This document shows, in pieces, positions 1 through 12,562 of a DNA stretch of 45,411 nt. The first letter of the stretch is position 1; the number at the start of each line of letters is the position of its first letter. The notes below the pieces were generated by a model. The model searched no databases, was not told the origin of the DNA, and was given only the letters and a program-made list of their open reading frames with translations. The stretch covers positions 1 through 45,411 of the forward strand of contig NW_021834843.1 in NCBI RefSeq assembly GCF_006345805.1, given 5' to 3'. A program made the position numbers and the translations under genes. This DNA is from Octopus sinensis. Taxonomy: Eukaryota.

Positions 1-50
1 GCTCATGGAAAAAGCCGAAGCAAAAAACAGGAGTACATTATATATATACA

Positions 51-367
51 GGCACAGAGTGGCTGTGTGGTAAGTAGCTTGCTTACCAACCACATGGTTC
101 CGGGTTCAGTCCCACTGCGTGGCATCTTGGGCAAGTGTCTTCTGCTATAGCTCCGGGTCAGCCATTGCCTTGTGAGTGGATTTGGTAGGCTGAAACTGAA
201 AGAAGCCTGTCGTATATATGTATAAATATATAAGTGTATGTGTATATGTTTGTGTGTCTGTGTTTGTCCCCCTAGCATTGCTTGACAACCAATGCTGGTG
301 TGTCTACGTCCCCGTCACTTAGCAGTTCGGCAAAAGAGACCGATAGAATAAGTACTGGGCTTACAAA
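51..367 (+). mobile_element. SINE family A (tRNA-like head, internal microsatellite), 3'-truncated
   Basis: Matches the ~400 bp family repeated at 4406, 8732, 18441, 20318, 32959 and 36419. Confidence 0.85.
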
Positions 368-669
368 TATTGGTGTCTCTTATCTCGCGCGTGTTTCAGT
401 TGTTAGAGTCCGGCCATGCTAGAGCACAGCATTGAAGAGTTTTATTCAAACGAATCGACTACTGTACTTATTCTTTTTTTTTCTTTTTGTAAAACCTGAT
501 ACTTATTTCATTAGACTCTTTTGCGGATGTAAACAAGTTACATGGACGTAAACATACCGACACCGGTTGTCAAGCGGTGGTGGGAAACAAACACCGACAC
601 AAAGACGCACACGCATACATGTATGTATGTGTGTGTATGTGTATATATATATATTTTTTTTTTTTCTTT

Positions 670-901
670 TCTTTTTTACTGCCCACAAGGGGCTAAACAC
701 AGAGAGGACGAGCAAGGACAGACAAACGGACTAAGTCGATTACATTGATCCCAGTGCGAAACTGGTACTTTATTTAATCGACCCCGAAAGGATGAAAGGC
801 AAAGTCGACCCCGGCGGAATTTGAACTCAGAACGTAACGACTGACGAAATACCGCTAAGCATTCCGCCCGGTGCGCTAACCATTCTGCCAGCTCGCCGCC
901 C
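670..901 (-). mobile_element. SINE family B (~230 bp, tRNA-like head GGCGAGCTGGCAGAA...GAGTTCAAATTCC)
   Basis: Reverse complement of the copies at 25110 and 34195; Pol III A/B-box-like motifs. Confidence 0.85.
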
Positions 902-908
902 TTATATA

Positions 909-948
<40 letters not shown>

Positions 949-1324
949 CATACATACATACATCTACATACATACATACATACATACATACATACATACA
1001 TGAACGTATATAAACAGAAGATACAAATATTACAGGCATCCCCCCACATACACATACTATATAAACATAGACGCACATAGAGATATAAGCATGCGCAAAT
1101 ACATACAATAGAAATACAAAAAAGCTGACGGTTAGTAAGGAGGACACAAAAAAAGAAGAAGAAAACAAAGGACCACTGATGCGGTCACAGGAGTGTGACA
1201 AAAGAACTCTGGCCGAATAAGATTAAGATTAATGTAAAAAATAAATAACACTGAAGCAAAATAAACACCAAAATATATGTCGTGTGTTTTATTGGCTAAA
1301 CTGGCAATATGACCATTCCGAAAT

Positions 1325-1800
<476 letters not shown>

Positions 1801-2049
1801 GAGACACACACCCTAGCATTCTTTCAGTTTCTGTCAGCTGATTCCACTGTCATGGCTCTTCGGTGGACTTGAGGCCATAGTAGAGGACACTTGGCCAATG
1901 TACCACATGAGGTTGGAGAGCAAGCTTCCTACCACAAAATACCCACACAAACGCAAACACTTACACACACACACACACACACACACGCCCTAACATGGCC
2001 ACAGTTCGTGAGCTGAAACTAGATAAAAATAAATAAATAAAAAAATACC

Positions 2050-2368
2050 TACGTACATGCATGCATGCATACACACACATACATACATACACACATACAC
2101 AAACACATACATACATACACACATACATACATACACACATACACAAACACATACATACACACATACATACATACACACATACATACACACACATACACAC
2201 ATACACACACATACATACATACATACATACATATACACATACATACACACATACACACACATACACACACACATACAAACACAAACACTTACACACACAC
2301 ATACAGACACACACACACATACATACTTACATACACACATACATACTTACATACACACATACATACTT

Positions 2369-2404
<36 letters not shown>

Positions 2405-2429
2405 ACACACATACACACACACATACACA

Positions 2430-2515
<86 letters not shown>

Positions 2516-2520
2516 TACTG
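2050..2520. repeat. (CA)n/(CATA)n compound microsatellite
   Basis: Directly visible; source of the HTHT and VCVC ORFs. Confidence 0.95.
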
Positions 2521-2811
2521 AAAATATTTTCGCCTGCAAATATTAATAATCTAATGAAATCTTCATTCATATTGGTATATAAATAAACACCCGCACACAA
2601 GGAGACTAATTAATTATGCATACTTAACTGCTGCTGCATTCTGATTGGTTGATCCTTCAGTCGTTTTGCGGCTTCATCATAGCTTAAGTTTTATTTCATT
2701 GGTTCAGCATTTTCTATACTTACTTCCATTTTGTTTTTATCTTGCATTCTTTCCTGCACAGGTGTGTCTGTGTATGAATACGTTATATACGCAAGGAGGA
2801 ATATGCCTGAA

Positions 2812-3335
<524 letters not shown>

Positions 3336-3673
3336 ATCTAACTTCTCTATTTCTCTTCCCCTCTCTCTCTACAATATATATGTTTGTGTGTGTGTTGTAT
3401 GAGCGCACGTGTGTGTGTAATTACATCTATATATACATATATAAATGCATACATTATACATAGATATATAAAAATAGGAATATATATACATATGTATATA
3501 TGTGTGTGTGTACGTGTCTGTGTGTATGTATATGTGTGTATATATACCTTTATATATACGTATAGAGATTTAGATGTATTATACACATGTACATGTTTGT
3601 TTATACACATGTCTGTATAGGAGTTTATACATACATACGTACGTACGTACGTACATACATACATACATACATA

Positions 3674-3999
3674 CATGATGATGGCTGCCCCCTCGTTATC
3701 GAGTATGGCCATTGCACGAAGCTTAATTGTTTCTGGTGCTGTGATCGAATGTGATTTTTTAGCCCAGCTAAAGATCTTCAATGTCTTGTACAAAATTGGC
3801 AACTAAGACCTTTACTGGTAATAGCCGGCTGTAGTTGTAACTGGGCTTCATGTACCTTTGCATGTCGTTTAAGTCCTCCTGCCGAATTACACTCTCTTCC
3901 ACATGCCTGACAGATATGATTAGTATGGTGTGTAACACCACCACCAGTGGCCAGGTTGTCACTCATCTGTCTTGCTTTATGACTATGAAGATGACTCAT
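3674..3999 (-). mobile_element. RTE-type LINE 3' end, 5'-truncated, with (ATGT)n tail
   Basis: Encodes C2H2-like CQACGRECNSAGGLKRHAKVH and CQFC..H typical of RTE ORF C-termini; same terminus as the copy at 39085. Confidence 0.7.
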
Positions 4000-4060
4000 G
4001 AGTCTAGCTTATACATACATACATACATAGTATATACATACATACGTATGTACGTAAAAA

Positions 4061-4268
4061 GATGACGTAAAAAGATACCTTGATGAATTCTTTGCCATGA
4101 AGCCACCTCAATTCTGGGAAGAAGGTATTTTCAAGTGAAAGGAAAGATGGAGACACATTGTGCAACAAAATGGTTCATATTTGGTTGATTAAAAATGTAA
4201 TGGCAAGTACTTATTGACCATTTTTCTTTCCTTTAAAAATCGGCGCGAATTTTCCGGACAGCCTAATA
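4061..4268 (+). mobile_element. mariner 3' fragment with right TIR
   Basis: DVKRYLDEFFAMKPPQFWEEGIF...RWRHIVQQNGSY and TIR AAAATCGGCGCGAATTTTCCGGACAGCCTAATA; near-identical to 34650-34852. Confidence 0.8.
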
Positions 4269-4405
4269 TTTAGAAATCAAAGGAAATGACTACTATTCCC
4301 TTCAAACTTTGCTTCTCTGAGCTGGACATCAATGTTTCGAATTTGACCTATTTTCCATTACATTTCAGAGAGATTCAGCGCTGAGGTATTGAAGCAGAAA
4401 TATCG

Positions 4406-4814
4406 TTACTCTTTTACTCTACTCTTTTACTTGTTTCAGTCATCTGACTGCGGCCATGCTGGAGCACCACCTTTAGTCGAACAAATCGACCTCGGGACTT
4501 ATTCTTTTGTAAGCCCAGTATTTATTCTATCGGTCTCTTTTGCCAAACCACTAAGTAACGGGGACATAAACACACCAGCATCGGTTGTCAAGCAATGCTA
4601 GGGGGACAAACACAGACACACAAACACACACACGCACGTATGTATATAAATATATACAACGGGCTTCTTTCAGTTTCCGTCTACCAAATCCACTCACAAG
4701 GCTTTGGTCTGCCCGAGGCTATAGTAGAAGACATTTGCCCAAGATACCACGCAGTGGGACTGAACCTGGAACTATGTGGTTGGTAAACAAGCTACTTACC
4801 ACACAGCCACTCCT
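4406..4814 (-). mobile_element. SINE family A, near full length
   Basis: Reverse complement of family A. Confidence 0.85.
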
Positions 4815-5433
4815 CGTTATAGCAAATATTTTGCTCAAATACCACAGGTGCTTCACCTTGACCACTTGAGCCTGTCCCTTAGTGGCTGACAATATGTGTG
4901 TCTGTGATGATGAGCAGGAGTAGTTGGGGAGCATCATAGCTATGTTTTGAGAGGGATTCTTTGGGGTTTGAATAAATGTATGAAAAGCAAAGTTTGAAGG
5001 AAATATTAGCCGTTTTTAATACTTTCTAGGGGTCAGCAAATAGGAAATAACAGTTGCTACGAAAGGACAAAAATCGTGTTACACAGTGTTAATAAAGGCG
5101 TTCCAGCCATAACCATCCATTCATATGAGTGTCATCTTTTATCCTTTGTTTTATTCATCAGGCTGCAGCCGTGTTGGGGCACTACCTTGACGGCTTTTAG
5201 TCAGACAAACCTCATCCCCATACTTATCTTTTAAGCCTGTCGAACCGCTAATTTACTGGGACGTAAACAAACCAATACTGGTTGTCACGCAGTTTGGCGG
5301 TGACACAAATTATCACAAAGATACACACGCGTGCACGCACGCACATATATGTAGTAGTAGTAGTAGTTTCAAATTTCGGCATATAGCCAGCAAATTCAGA
5401 GACTCCAGTGTTCAACTGGTATCATTTTTATCG

Positions 5434-5479
<46 letters not shown>

Positions 5480-5491
5480 TGATGATGATAA

Positions 5492-6044
5492 TGCCCTGAT
5501 GCAGTACCAGGCAGAGGCTCTCATGGTTTTGATCTTAACTGATTGGAAGTGTTATCATGTACATTGTTTTGTCTTGGTATAAAAGATGGGCTGCAGCAAA
5601 TATTCAGCTCAACACCACAGATTTGCTTGTCAGTTGTTTGACCTTAACCAGTTGAGCATGTCCCTTAGTGGCTGACGATATGTCCATCTCTGATCTCAAG
5701 CAGTAGTCGGGGAGCATCATAGCCATGTGTTGAGAGGGATTCTTTGGGGTTTGGATAATTCACCTCTGGAAACATGGCTGCTTCGTTCAACATCCTGAAA
5801 CAGCCCTTATTCAGGGACCTTTTGAGTGGGATGAGATACTCGACCTGAAGAAAATTCTAACTGGGCCCCACCTACAAGGTCATGTTCGGTCTATCTCGAT
5901 ATGAGATCACCATGTCGCACGCATATGGTTGTGATGAATGTGCCTGGTGCACCTTTATCAGACGGGTAGTCATGATGGGTATATTGGGCTTCGTATATTT
6001 GTACCCCAGTGTCACTTTGATGGCATGCACTGCTCTCTCACTCA
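5492..6044 (+). mobile_element. Element C: ~553 bp non-coding interspersed repeat embedded in (AAT)n
   Basis: TGCCCTGATGCAG...CTCTCTCACTCA with (AAT)n on both sides; same boundaries at 28160-28715 and, inverted, at 35463-36008. Confidence 0.85.
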
Positions 6045-6121
6045 ATAATGATAATAGTAATAATAATAACAATAGGTTAGTTACGTTTTAAAATTTATTA
6101 TTTTATTATTTTCTATTCCAG

Positions 6122-6631
6122 ATGGAGATTGCGTATCCCTAGCAATCAGACGTCGGTGTAGGAACGAACTGGGGCCAAAATCTGCTCACACAGATTTGGT
6201 TCGCCGATGTGAGATCAGTTTTATACCAACCGTTGAGCGAACGGTGTTCCACGAGAGACGTTCCCATGCCAACAGCAAGGAAGCACAACTGTACTGTTAT
6301 ACAGACATTCCAGGGTTTTCTGCTTCCTGTCCACGTTTCCTCCCTGACAAGGAGACGTCCGGGTTAACGTGCGACCCTTTGAAAATCAATACAAAGCGAT
6401 GTGACCTGACTACAAGTTTGGGTCAAAAACGGCGTCACCTTACTACATCGCGTTGCCGACCCATGGAGATTTGTGACTGGGCGGTACTGCTCTCTGGCGG
6501 ATGGAACCGGTTTGCTTTGAAGATGGAACACAAGACCAACCTCCGAAGTATCTACAATATGTTGCGTCGCAACGGTTTCCATTCCAGGAATATCGAGGTG
6601 TTTTATGCCAATGGCTCCCCGGATCTCATAC
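6122..6631 (+). CDS. Internal coding exon A (510 nt, phase 1-1): GDCVSLAIRRRCRNELG...CDWAVLLSGGWNRFALKMEHKTNLRSIYNMLRRNGFHSRNIEVFYANGSPDLI
   Basis: Acceptor ttttctattccAG ends at 6121, donor GTAAGT starts at 6632, open frame throughout, non-repetitive higher-GC sequence. Confidence 0.9.
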
Positions 6632-6679
6632 GTAAGTGTTATTGTTGTTCTTATTGTTGTTGTTCTTCTTTTTAATATC

Positions 6680-6896
6680 GTTGTTGCTTCTTCTCCTTCA
6701 TCTTCTTCTTCTTCGTCTTTTTCTTCTTCTTCTTCTTCTCCTCCTTCCTCCTCCTTCTACTTCTTCTCCTTCCTCCTCTCTTCTTCTTCTCCTTCCTCCT
6801 CCTCCTCCTCCTCTCTTCTTCTTCTCCTCCTCCTTCCTCCTCCTCCTCTCTTCTTTTTCTTCTTTTTTCTTCTTCTTCTTCTTCTTCTTCTTCTTC
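6680..6896. repeat. (CTT/CCT)n polypyrimidine tract just downstream of the exon A donor
   Basis: Directly visible. Confidence 0.9.
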
Positions 6897-7179
6897 CAAT
6901 CAGGACTCACGCCATTAGCCACAAAGAATAATCTCTAATTCGAGGCTACTCTAAGCTACTAAGAATGCGTGTGGCAACTTGAAGATTCACCCACCACACG
7001 CGATAGACTGGCGGTTGCACGGGCGTGAAAGCTACGTTGTTATCCTCATTCCGTAAACGGTGGCTTTTAACAGGTGGAGAGGTGAACCATCCTGGGGTAC
7101 AGAGGATTCGCAATCTAGACTAGGGTCTGAAAGTTTACCACCCCATAGTGGGTTACACCATGGTTCCTCTGCTTTGTGG

Positions 7180-7372
7180 CAGAAGTAGGAAGAAAGAATG
7201 AGAGAAAGTTGTGGTGAAAGAGTACAGCGGGGTTCCACCCCACCCCGTCAGAGTCTCGTGGAGCTTGGGTGTTTTTTTTTCAATAAACACTCACAATGCC
7301 CAGTCTGGGAATTGAAACCGCATTCTCACGACGGCAAGTCCGCTGCCCTAACCACTAGGCTATTGCGCCTCC
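7180..7372 (-). mobile_element. tRNA-derived SINE 5' part (family F, same head as 13656)
   Basis: Reverse complement GGAGGCGCAATAGCCTAGTGGTTAG...GGTTTCAATTCCCAGACT matches 13656-13850. Confidence 0.75.
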
Positions 7373-7448
7373 ACTATTGTTGTTGCTGTTGTTGTTGGTG
7401 CTATTGCTGCTGCTGTGATTGCGTTCTTTTACCGCTTTGGTGCAGTTG

Positions 7449-7718
7449 TAGCTGTGTGGATAAGAAGCTTGCTTCCCAACCGTACGGCTGCGGTTTCTGT
7501 CCGATTCTGCGGCATCTCGGACAAGTGTCTTCAACTATAGTGAATTTGATCAACAGAAACTGAAAGAAGCCCGTAACTTAGCGGTTCGGCAAAAACGTCT
7601 GATAGAATAAGTACTGGGCTTACAAAGAATAAGTCCCGGGGTCGATTTGCTCGGCTAAAGGCGGTGCTCCAGCATGGCCGCAGTCAAATGACTGAAACAA
7701 GTAAAAGAGTAAAAAGAG
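7449..7718 (+). mobile_element. SINE family A with internal deletion of the microsatellite-containing middle
   Basis: Head joined directly to the 3' module at GAAGCCCGT-AACTTAGCGG. Confidence 0.75.
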
Positions 7719-8211
7719 TATATATATATATAATGCTATTATGCAAAAGTGTCGTAAATCTAAAACGTTGCTTTTTCGGAAAACAAAGTCTCTCCATTCC
7801 ATTTCTTTTTACATTAGCAACAGATTCAGCTTAACAGTAATACTTTGTTGGGGGCATAAAATCCTAACTCCATGCCTGTATGATATTTTCAGGCAGAAAT
7901 ATTCTTGCAAAACTGTCATATGTGGGACTTAGTACATTTTTGAAAAATTCTAAACTGTTCTACTATACTCTGACAATTTTCATATCTTGGCATCTGAAGC
8001 AGCTAGGACTATCTGAAGATAGTCTGACCAAAAGAACCGGCTATTACAAGCAAAATTAAATATTGAAAAATAACGCATTTGGCCAAATTTGGACATACGA
8101 CAGTTTAACATAATAGCAACACTATGGACAGCTGCCCTTTTTTTTCTGTCCGCAAGCACATTAGGTACATATTGTCTATACGGACGAATTGGTTGACTCT
8201 TCTGTATGTAT

Positions 8212-8307
<96 letters not shown>

Positions 8308-8349
8308 ATAATATATATATATGTATATATGTATATATGTATATATGTA

Positions 8350-8381
<32 letters not shown>

Positions 8382-8387
8382 GATATA

Positions 8388-8419
<32 letters not shown>

Positions 8420-8653
8420 GGCGCAGGAGTGGCTGTGTGGTAAGTAGCTTGCTTACCAGCCACATGGTTTCGGGTTCAGTCCCACTGCGTGGCATCTTGG
8501 GCAAGTGTCTTCTGCTATAGCCCCGGGCCGACCAATGCCTTGTGAGTGCATTTGGTAGATGGAAACTGAAAGAAGCCTGTCGTATATATGTATATATATG
8601 TATATGTATATATGTATATGTATATATGTATATATGTATAATGTATATATGTA

Positions 8654-8731
<78 letters not shown>

Positions 8732-9138
8732 GGCGCAGGAGTGTCTGTGTGGTAAGTAGCTTGCTTACCAACCACATGGTTTCGGGTTCAGTCCCACTGC
8801 GTGGCATCTTGGGCAAGTGTCTTCTGCTATAGCCCCGGCCGACCAATGCCTTGTGAGTGCATTTGGTAGATGGAAACTGAAAGAAGCCTGTCGTATATAT
8901 GTATATATATATGTATATGTATGTGTGTGTCTGTGTTTGTGTGTCTGTGTTTGTCACCCTAGCATTGCTTGACAACTGATGCTGGTGTGTTTATGTCCCC
9001 GTCACTTAGCAGTTCGGCAAAAGAGACCGATAGAATAAGTACTGGGCTTACAAAGAATAAGTCCCGGGGTCGATTTCCTCGACTAAAGGTGGTGCTCCAG
9101 CATGGCCGCAGTCAAATGACTGAAACAAGTAAAAGAGA
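8420..9138 (+). mobile_element. SINE family A with tandemly duplicated head plus (TA)n (period 312 bp)
   Basis: Heads start at 8420 and 8732 and share private variants. Confidence 0.85.
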
Positions 9139-9156
9139 GAAAGATATATATATATA

Positions 9157-9666
9157 TCTATATATATATAAAACTGTAGTTGTGTGAGTGTCTGTTCCCT
9201 TCGATTTAGATTCCTAACTACTCCCACATTTTGCGGTGCAGTTTAACCAAATTCGGGTATCTTATAGTCGTGATTCATATCGAGCCCGTCTGGGTATTAG
9301 CGCGTGTCTACGATGAGTCTACGATTTTAAAAATAATTTAACATCATTTTTTTCCATTTTAACGCATATTTTTTTAATTGGCAGCGGAGTTGGCGTCCAT
9401 GCTCACACCTGCACCTGTGTTGCTTCTCCCCCTTCTTCCCTCCCTCGTGAAGCTGTGGGGTAGGGAGTGTAAGGAAATCAACGTCGTAAAGCGTTGTCAA
9501 GGAGACCAGCGTTCTTTTAGAACAACGACTTCATGGCTTGAAGACACCAAAAGAGAAATGGCTAAAAAAGCTGAAACAGATCCACAAAAACGGCAAAAAC
9601 CGCCACACAGGGCAGGTTTCCTGTGCAAACAATTTGCACAACCGAATGTTTTAGTTGTTGCATAAA
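9157..9666 (+). mobile_element. Helitron-type non-autonomous element, 5' portion
   Basis: A|TCTATATATA start; first ~210 bp is highly similar to the 9667 element. Confidence 0.6.
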
Positions 9667-10157
9667 TCTTTATATATAAAAGTGAAGTTGTGTGTCTGTC
9701 TCCTACGATTTAGATTCCTAACTACTCCCACATTTTGGGGTGCAGTTTAACCAAAACCGGGTATCTTATAGTCGTGATTCATATCGAGCCCTTCTGGGTA
9801 TTAGCGCGCGCATCTATGATGAGTCTACGATTTAAAAAAAAATTACCGTAATTTTTTACATTTTAATGCATTTTTTTGCTATTATATAAGGGAAGTAACT
9901 CTCTAAAAATGTCTACGATGAGTCAACGATTAAAAAAAAAAATTACCATCATTTTTTATTCCATTTTTAATGCATTTTTTTGCTATTATATAAGGGAAGT
10001 AACTCTCTAAAAATGTCTACGATGAGTCAACGATTAAAAAAAAAAATTACCATCATTTTTTATTCCATTTTTAATGCATTTTTTTGCTATAACTCACTAA
10101 AAATGCTTATATAGTTATTTCCCTTACAAACCCGAGCAACACCAGGCGATACTGTTA

Positions 10158-10158
<1 letters not shown>
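9667..10158 (+). mobile_element. Non-autonomous Helitron with two 104 bp internal direct repeats
   Basis: A|TC 5' end, 3' CCCGAGCAACACCAGG degenerate hairpin, TTAG|T end (CTAG variant); repeat units start at 9878 and 9982. Confidence 0.7.
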
Positions 10159-10195
<37 letters not shown>

Positions 10196-10434
10196 CATGA
10201 TCACGTGAGTGACCAGACTATCAGATGTTGTTACTTATCGCTGGTCACAATGCGCTTTGCATTGTCTTGGCCATCAAATGACGCCACCCCGCTGGCTAGG
10301 CGGGCATACCCCACTACACTCCCTGATCATGAATGCGACAGCCTAACCACTAGGCCACGCGCCTTCACTATATATATATGTCTGTGTGTGTGCCTGCGTG
10401 TGTGTGTATGAATATATGTATATATATATGTATG

Positions 10435-10476
<42 letters not shown>

Positions 10477-10624
10477 AGGGATGACCACTAAGTGGACATC
10501 CATTACGCTAGAAGTGGATCCCCTATGGTCTTACCACTAAGAAAGAAATGTTCTCAAGAAAATTCAGCAAACACCAGAACGTAAGCTAGCAAGACAAATG
10601 AAAAGATACAAAATATACAGATTA

Positions 10625-10695
10625 ATCACAAACCAGTTTCGTTGCTACCACTTACATAATGACTTACATAGATGTCCGCAACTCATCAATGTGAT
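10625..10695 (-). ncRNA. Type I minimal hammerhead ribozyme fold (Penelope-type), degenerate core
   Basis: Minus strand reads AUCACA-UUGAUGA-GUUGC-(32 nt)-GCAAC-GAAA-CUG-GUU-UGUGAU: 6 bp stem I, 5 bp stem II, 2 bp stem III. Confidence 0.7.
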
Positions 10696-10703
10696 CGTCA
10701 TAG

Positions 10704-10784
<81 letters not shown>

Positions 10785-10900
10785 TTATGTATATAGATAT
10801 AGCACTTAACAAAAGTTTTCCAAAGTGAAGTAAGAATGTTTTTGATCACCGACAAGCTGTATAAGTCCTTTCAAACTGAAGGGGCTGTGTTACATGGATG

Positions 10901-10961
<61 letters not shown>

Positions 10962-10962
<1 letters not shown>

Positions 10963-11155
10963 GTCGCCATGATAGATCGTTAGCCACTACACACATTTTT
11001 TCTCTCCTTGTTTTTTTTCTGTGTCCCTTTCTGTAGAAGAGCGTAGGCTCGAAACGTAAAGGACTTTTTCTATTCCTGAACGTTATACTAATACATCTGT
11101 TTGTTTTGTACACCACCTGTCTTCGTCTTTTGTTTTTTTTTCGTAAACTCTCCCT
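10962..11155 (+). mobile_element. Short Penelope-like terminal fragment between (TA)n tracts
   Basis: Contains CTGTAGAAGAGCGTAGGCTCGAAACGT, shared with 33452-33618. Confidence 0.5.
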
Positions 11156-11360
11156 ATATATATATAATTTCAGCAAAAACAATTAAGATTCAAATGAATT
11201 CAAATGAATATAGTACTTAACTTAGATGCACCAGGATTCTTTATGGTATTAACCATAAAATTATGTGGGGTGATTATAGCCAAGAAAAAAGCAACAAGAA
11301 TTGTACTAATCTACCGATCCATTCTTGTTGCTTTTTTCTTGGTTATATATATATATATAT

Positions 11361-11580
11361 CCGAGCATGGCCGTTCGCCAGCCTCGTCTGGCACCTGTGT
11401 CAGTGGCACATAAAAAGCACCCACTACACTCACGGAGTGGTTGGCGTTAGGAAGGGCATCCAGCTGTAGAAACACTGCCAGATCTGACTGGCCTGGTGCA
11501 GCCTTCTGGCTTCCCAGACCCCAGTTGAACCGTCCAACCTATGCTAGCATGGAAAGCGGACGTTAAACGACGATGATGAT
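11361..11580 (+). mobile_element. Family D retroposon 3' part with (GAT)n tail (RTE-like tail)
   Basis: GGCGTTAGGAAGGGCATCCAGC...GGACGTTAAACGACGATGATGAT; inverse copy at 39845. Confidence 0.7.
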
Positions 11581-11744
11581 AATGATGAATTTACTATATC
11601 AATGGTATTTAGTAAATTAGGAAGAGCTATGAAGAGACACAATTTGCACATTTTTCATTTTCCGGCTTATTTAGTTTTGAGCTGAAAAAAGATCAGAAAA
11701 CAAGTTCCTGTTTGACCTTCTATGGAGAGTTGATAAAATCATGA

Positions 11745-11939
11745 ATATGTTGTCGCGAAAGGCCGGGTTGAAGACCCAACCTTCCAAGTTCTGTTACAGG
11801 GCTTAGAAAACCTGACAGACCGATGCAATAAGTGTGTGAATCTGGGAAGGGAATATGTTGAATAAAGTCATAATTAACTGATCCTCATATATTTTCTTTT
11901 ACCAAAAACCAGGAACTTTTCAGAGCCCCGCCTCTCGTA
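11745..11939 (+). mobile_element. mariner 3' remnant
   Basis: RCNKCVNLGREYVE* C-terminus followed by a TIR-like end ...AGGAACTTTTCAGAGCCCCGCCTCTCGTA. Confidence 0.55.
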
Positions 11940-12220
11940 TAATCCATTGTCCCTTCATACAAGATTTCTACCCTTTTCTCAAATTAGCTCTTTTTTCTTT
12001 CATTTGTTTCCGTTATTTGACTGCAGCCATGAAAGGTTTAATCGATAAAATCGATCTTACTGCTTATTTTCCTTTTTGAACCTTGCATTTATTCTATCAG
12101 ATTCTTTTACTGAACAGCAAAATTACGGGGACGTAAATAAACCAATAACGGTGTGGCGGGGCACAAAGACAAAGATACATATATGTATGTGTGAATACAT
12201 CCATCCATTATTATTATTAT

Positions 12221-12267
<47 letters not shown>

Positions 12268-12289
12268 TTATTATTATTATTATTATTGT

Positions 12290-12476
12290 CACCGGGGCTG
12301 CACAAAACCGGATTTCACAGGAGGGCCGCAATCAGAAAACCACTACTTTCAAGAACAAACGTTGCAAAACGTTTAGAGTGGAGTAAAAACCTACAGAATT
12401 GGTCCCTAGAACAGTGGAAGAATGTTATTTTCTCGGATGAGTCATCCTTTACCTAATTTCCGACCATCGGCCGAGT
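12290..12476 (+). mobile_element. Orphan internal fragment of a Tc1 transposase gene
   Basis: LHKTGFHRRAAIRKPLLSRTNVAKRLEWSKNLQNWSLEQWKNVIFSDESSFT; paralogous to 13060-13245. Confidence 0.85.
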
Positions 12477-12517
12477 AGATTATTATCATCTATCCATCCA
12501 TCCATCAATCCATCCAT

Positions 12518-12562
<45 letters not shown>

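Noticed and set aside
4358-4390. Possible micro-exon after tttccattacatttcAG
   Set aside because: Weak donor (GTATTG) and nothing links it to the gene; it cannot be supported without RNA data.
6632-6675. ORF-track extension of exon A (RKCYCCSYCCCSSF) and TTG/GTG start codons
   Set aside because: This is read-through past the GTAAGT donor into a TTG/CTT repeat; the track uses bacterial start rules that do not apply here.
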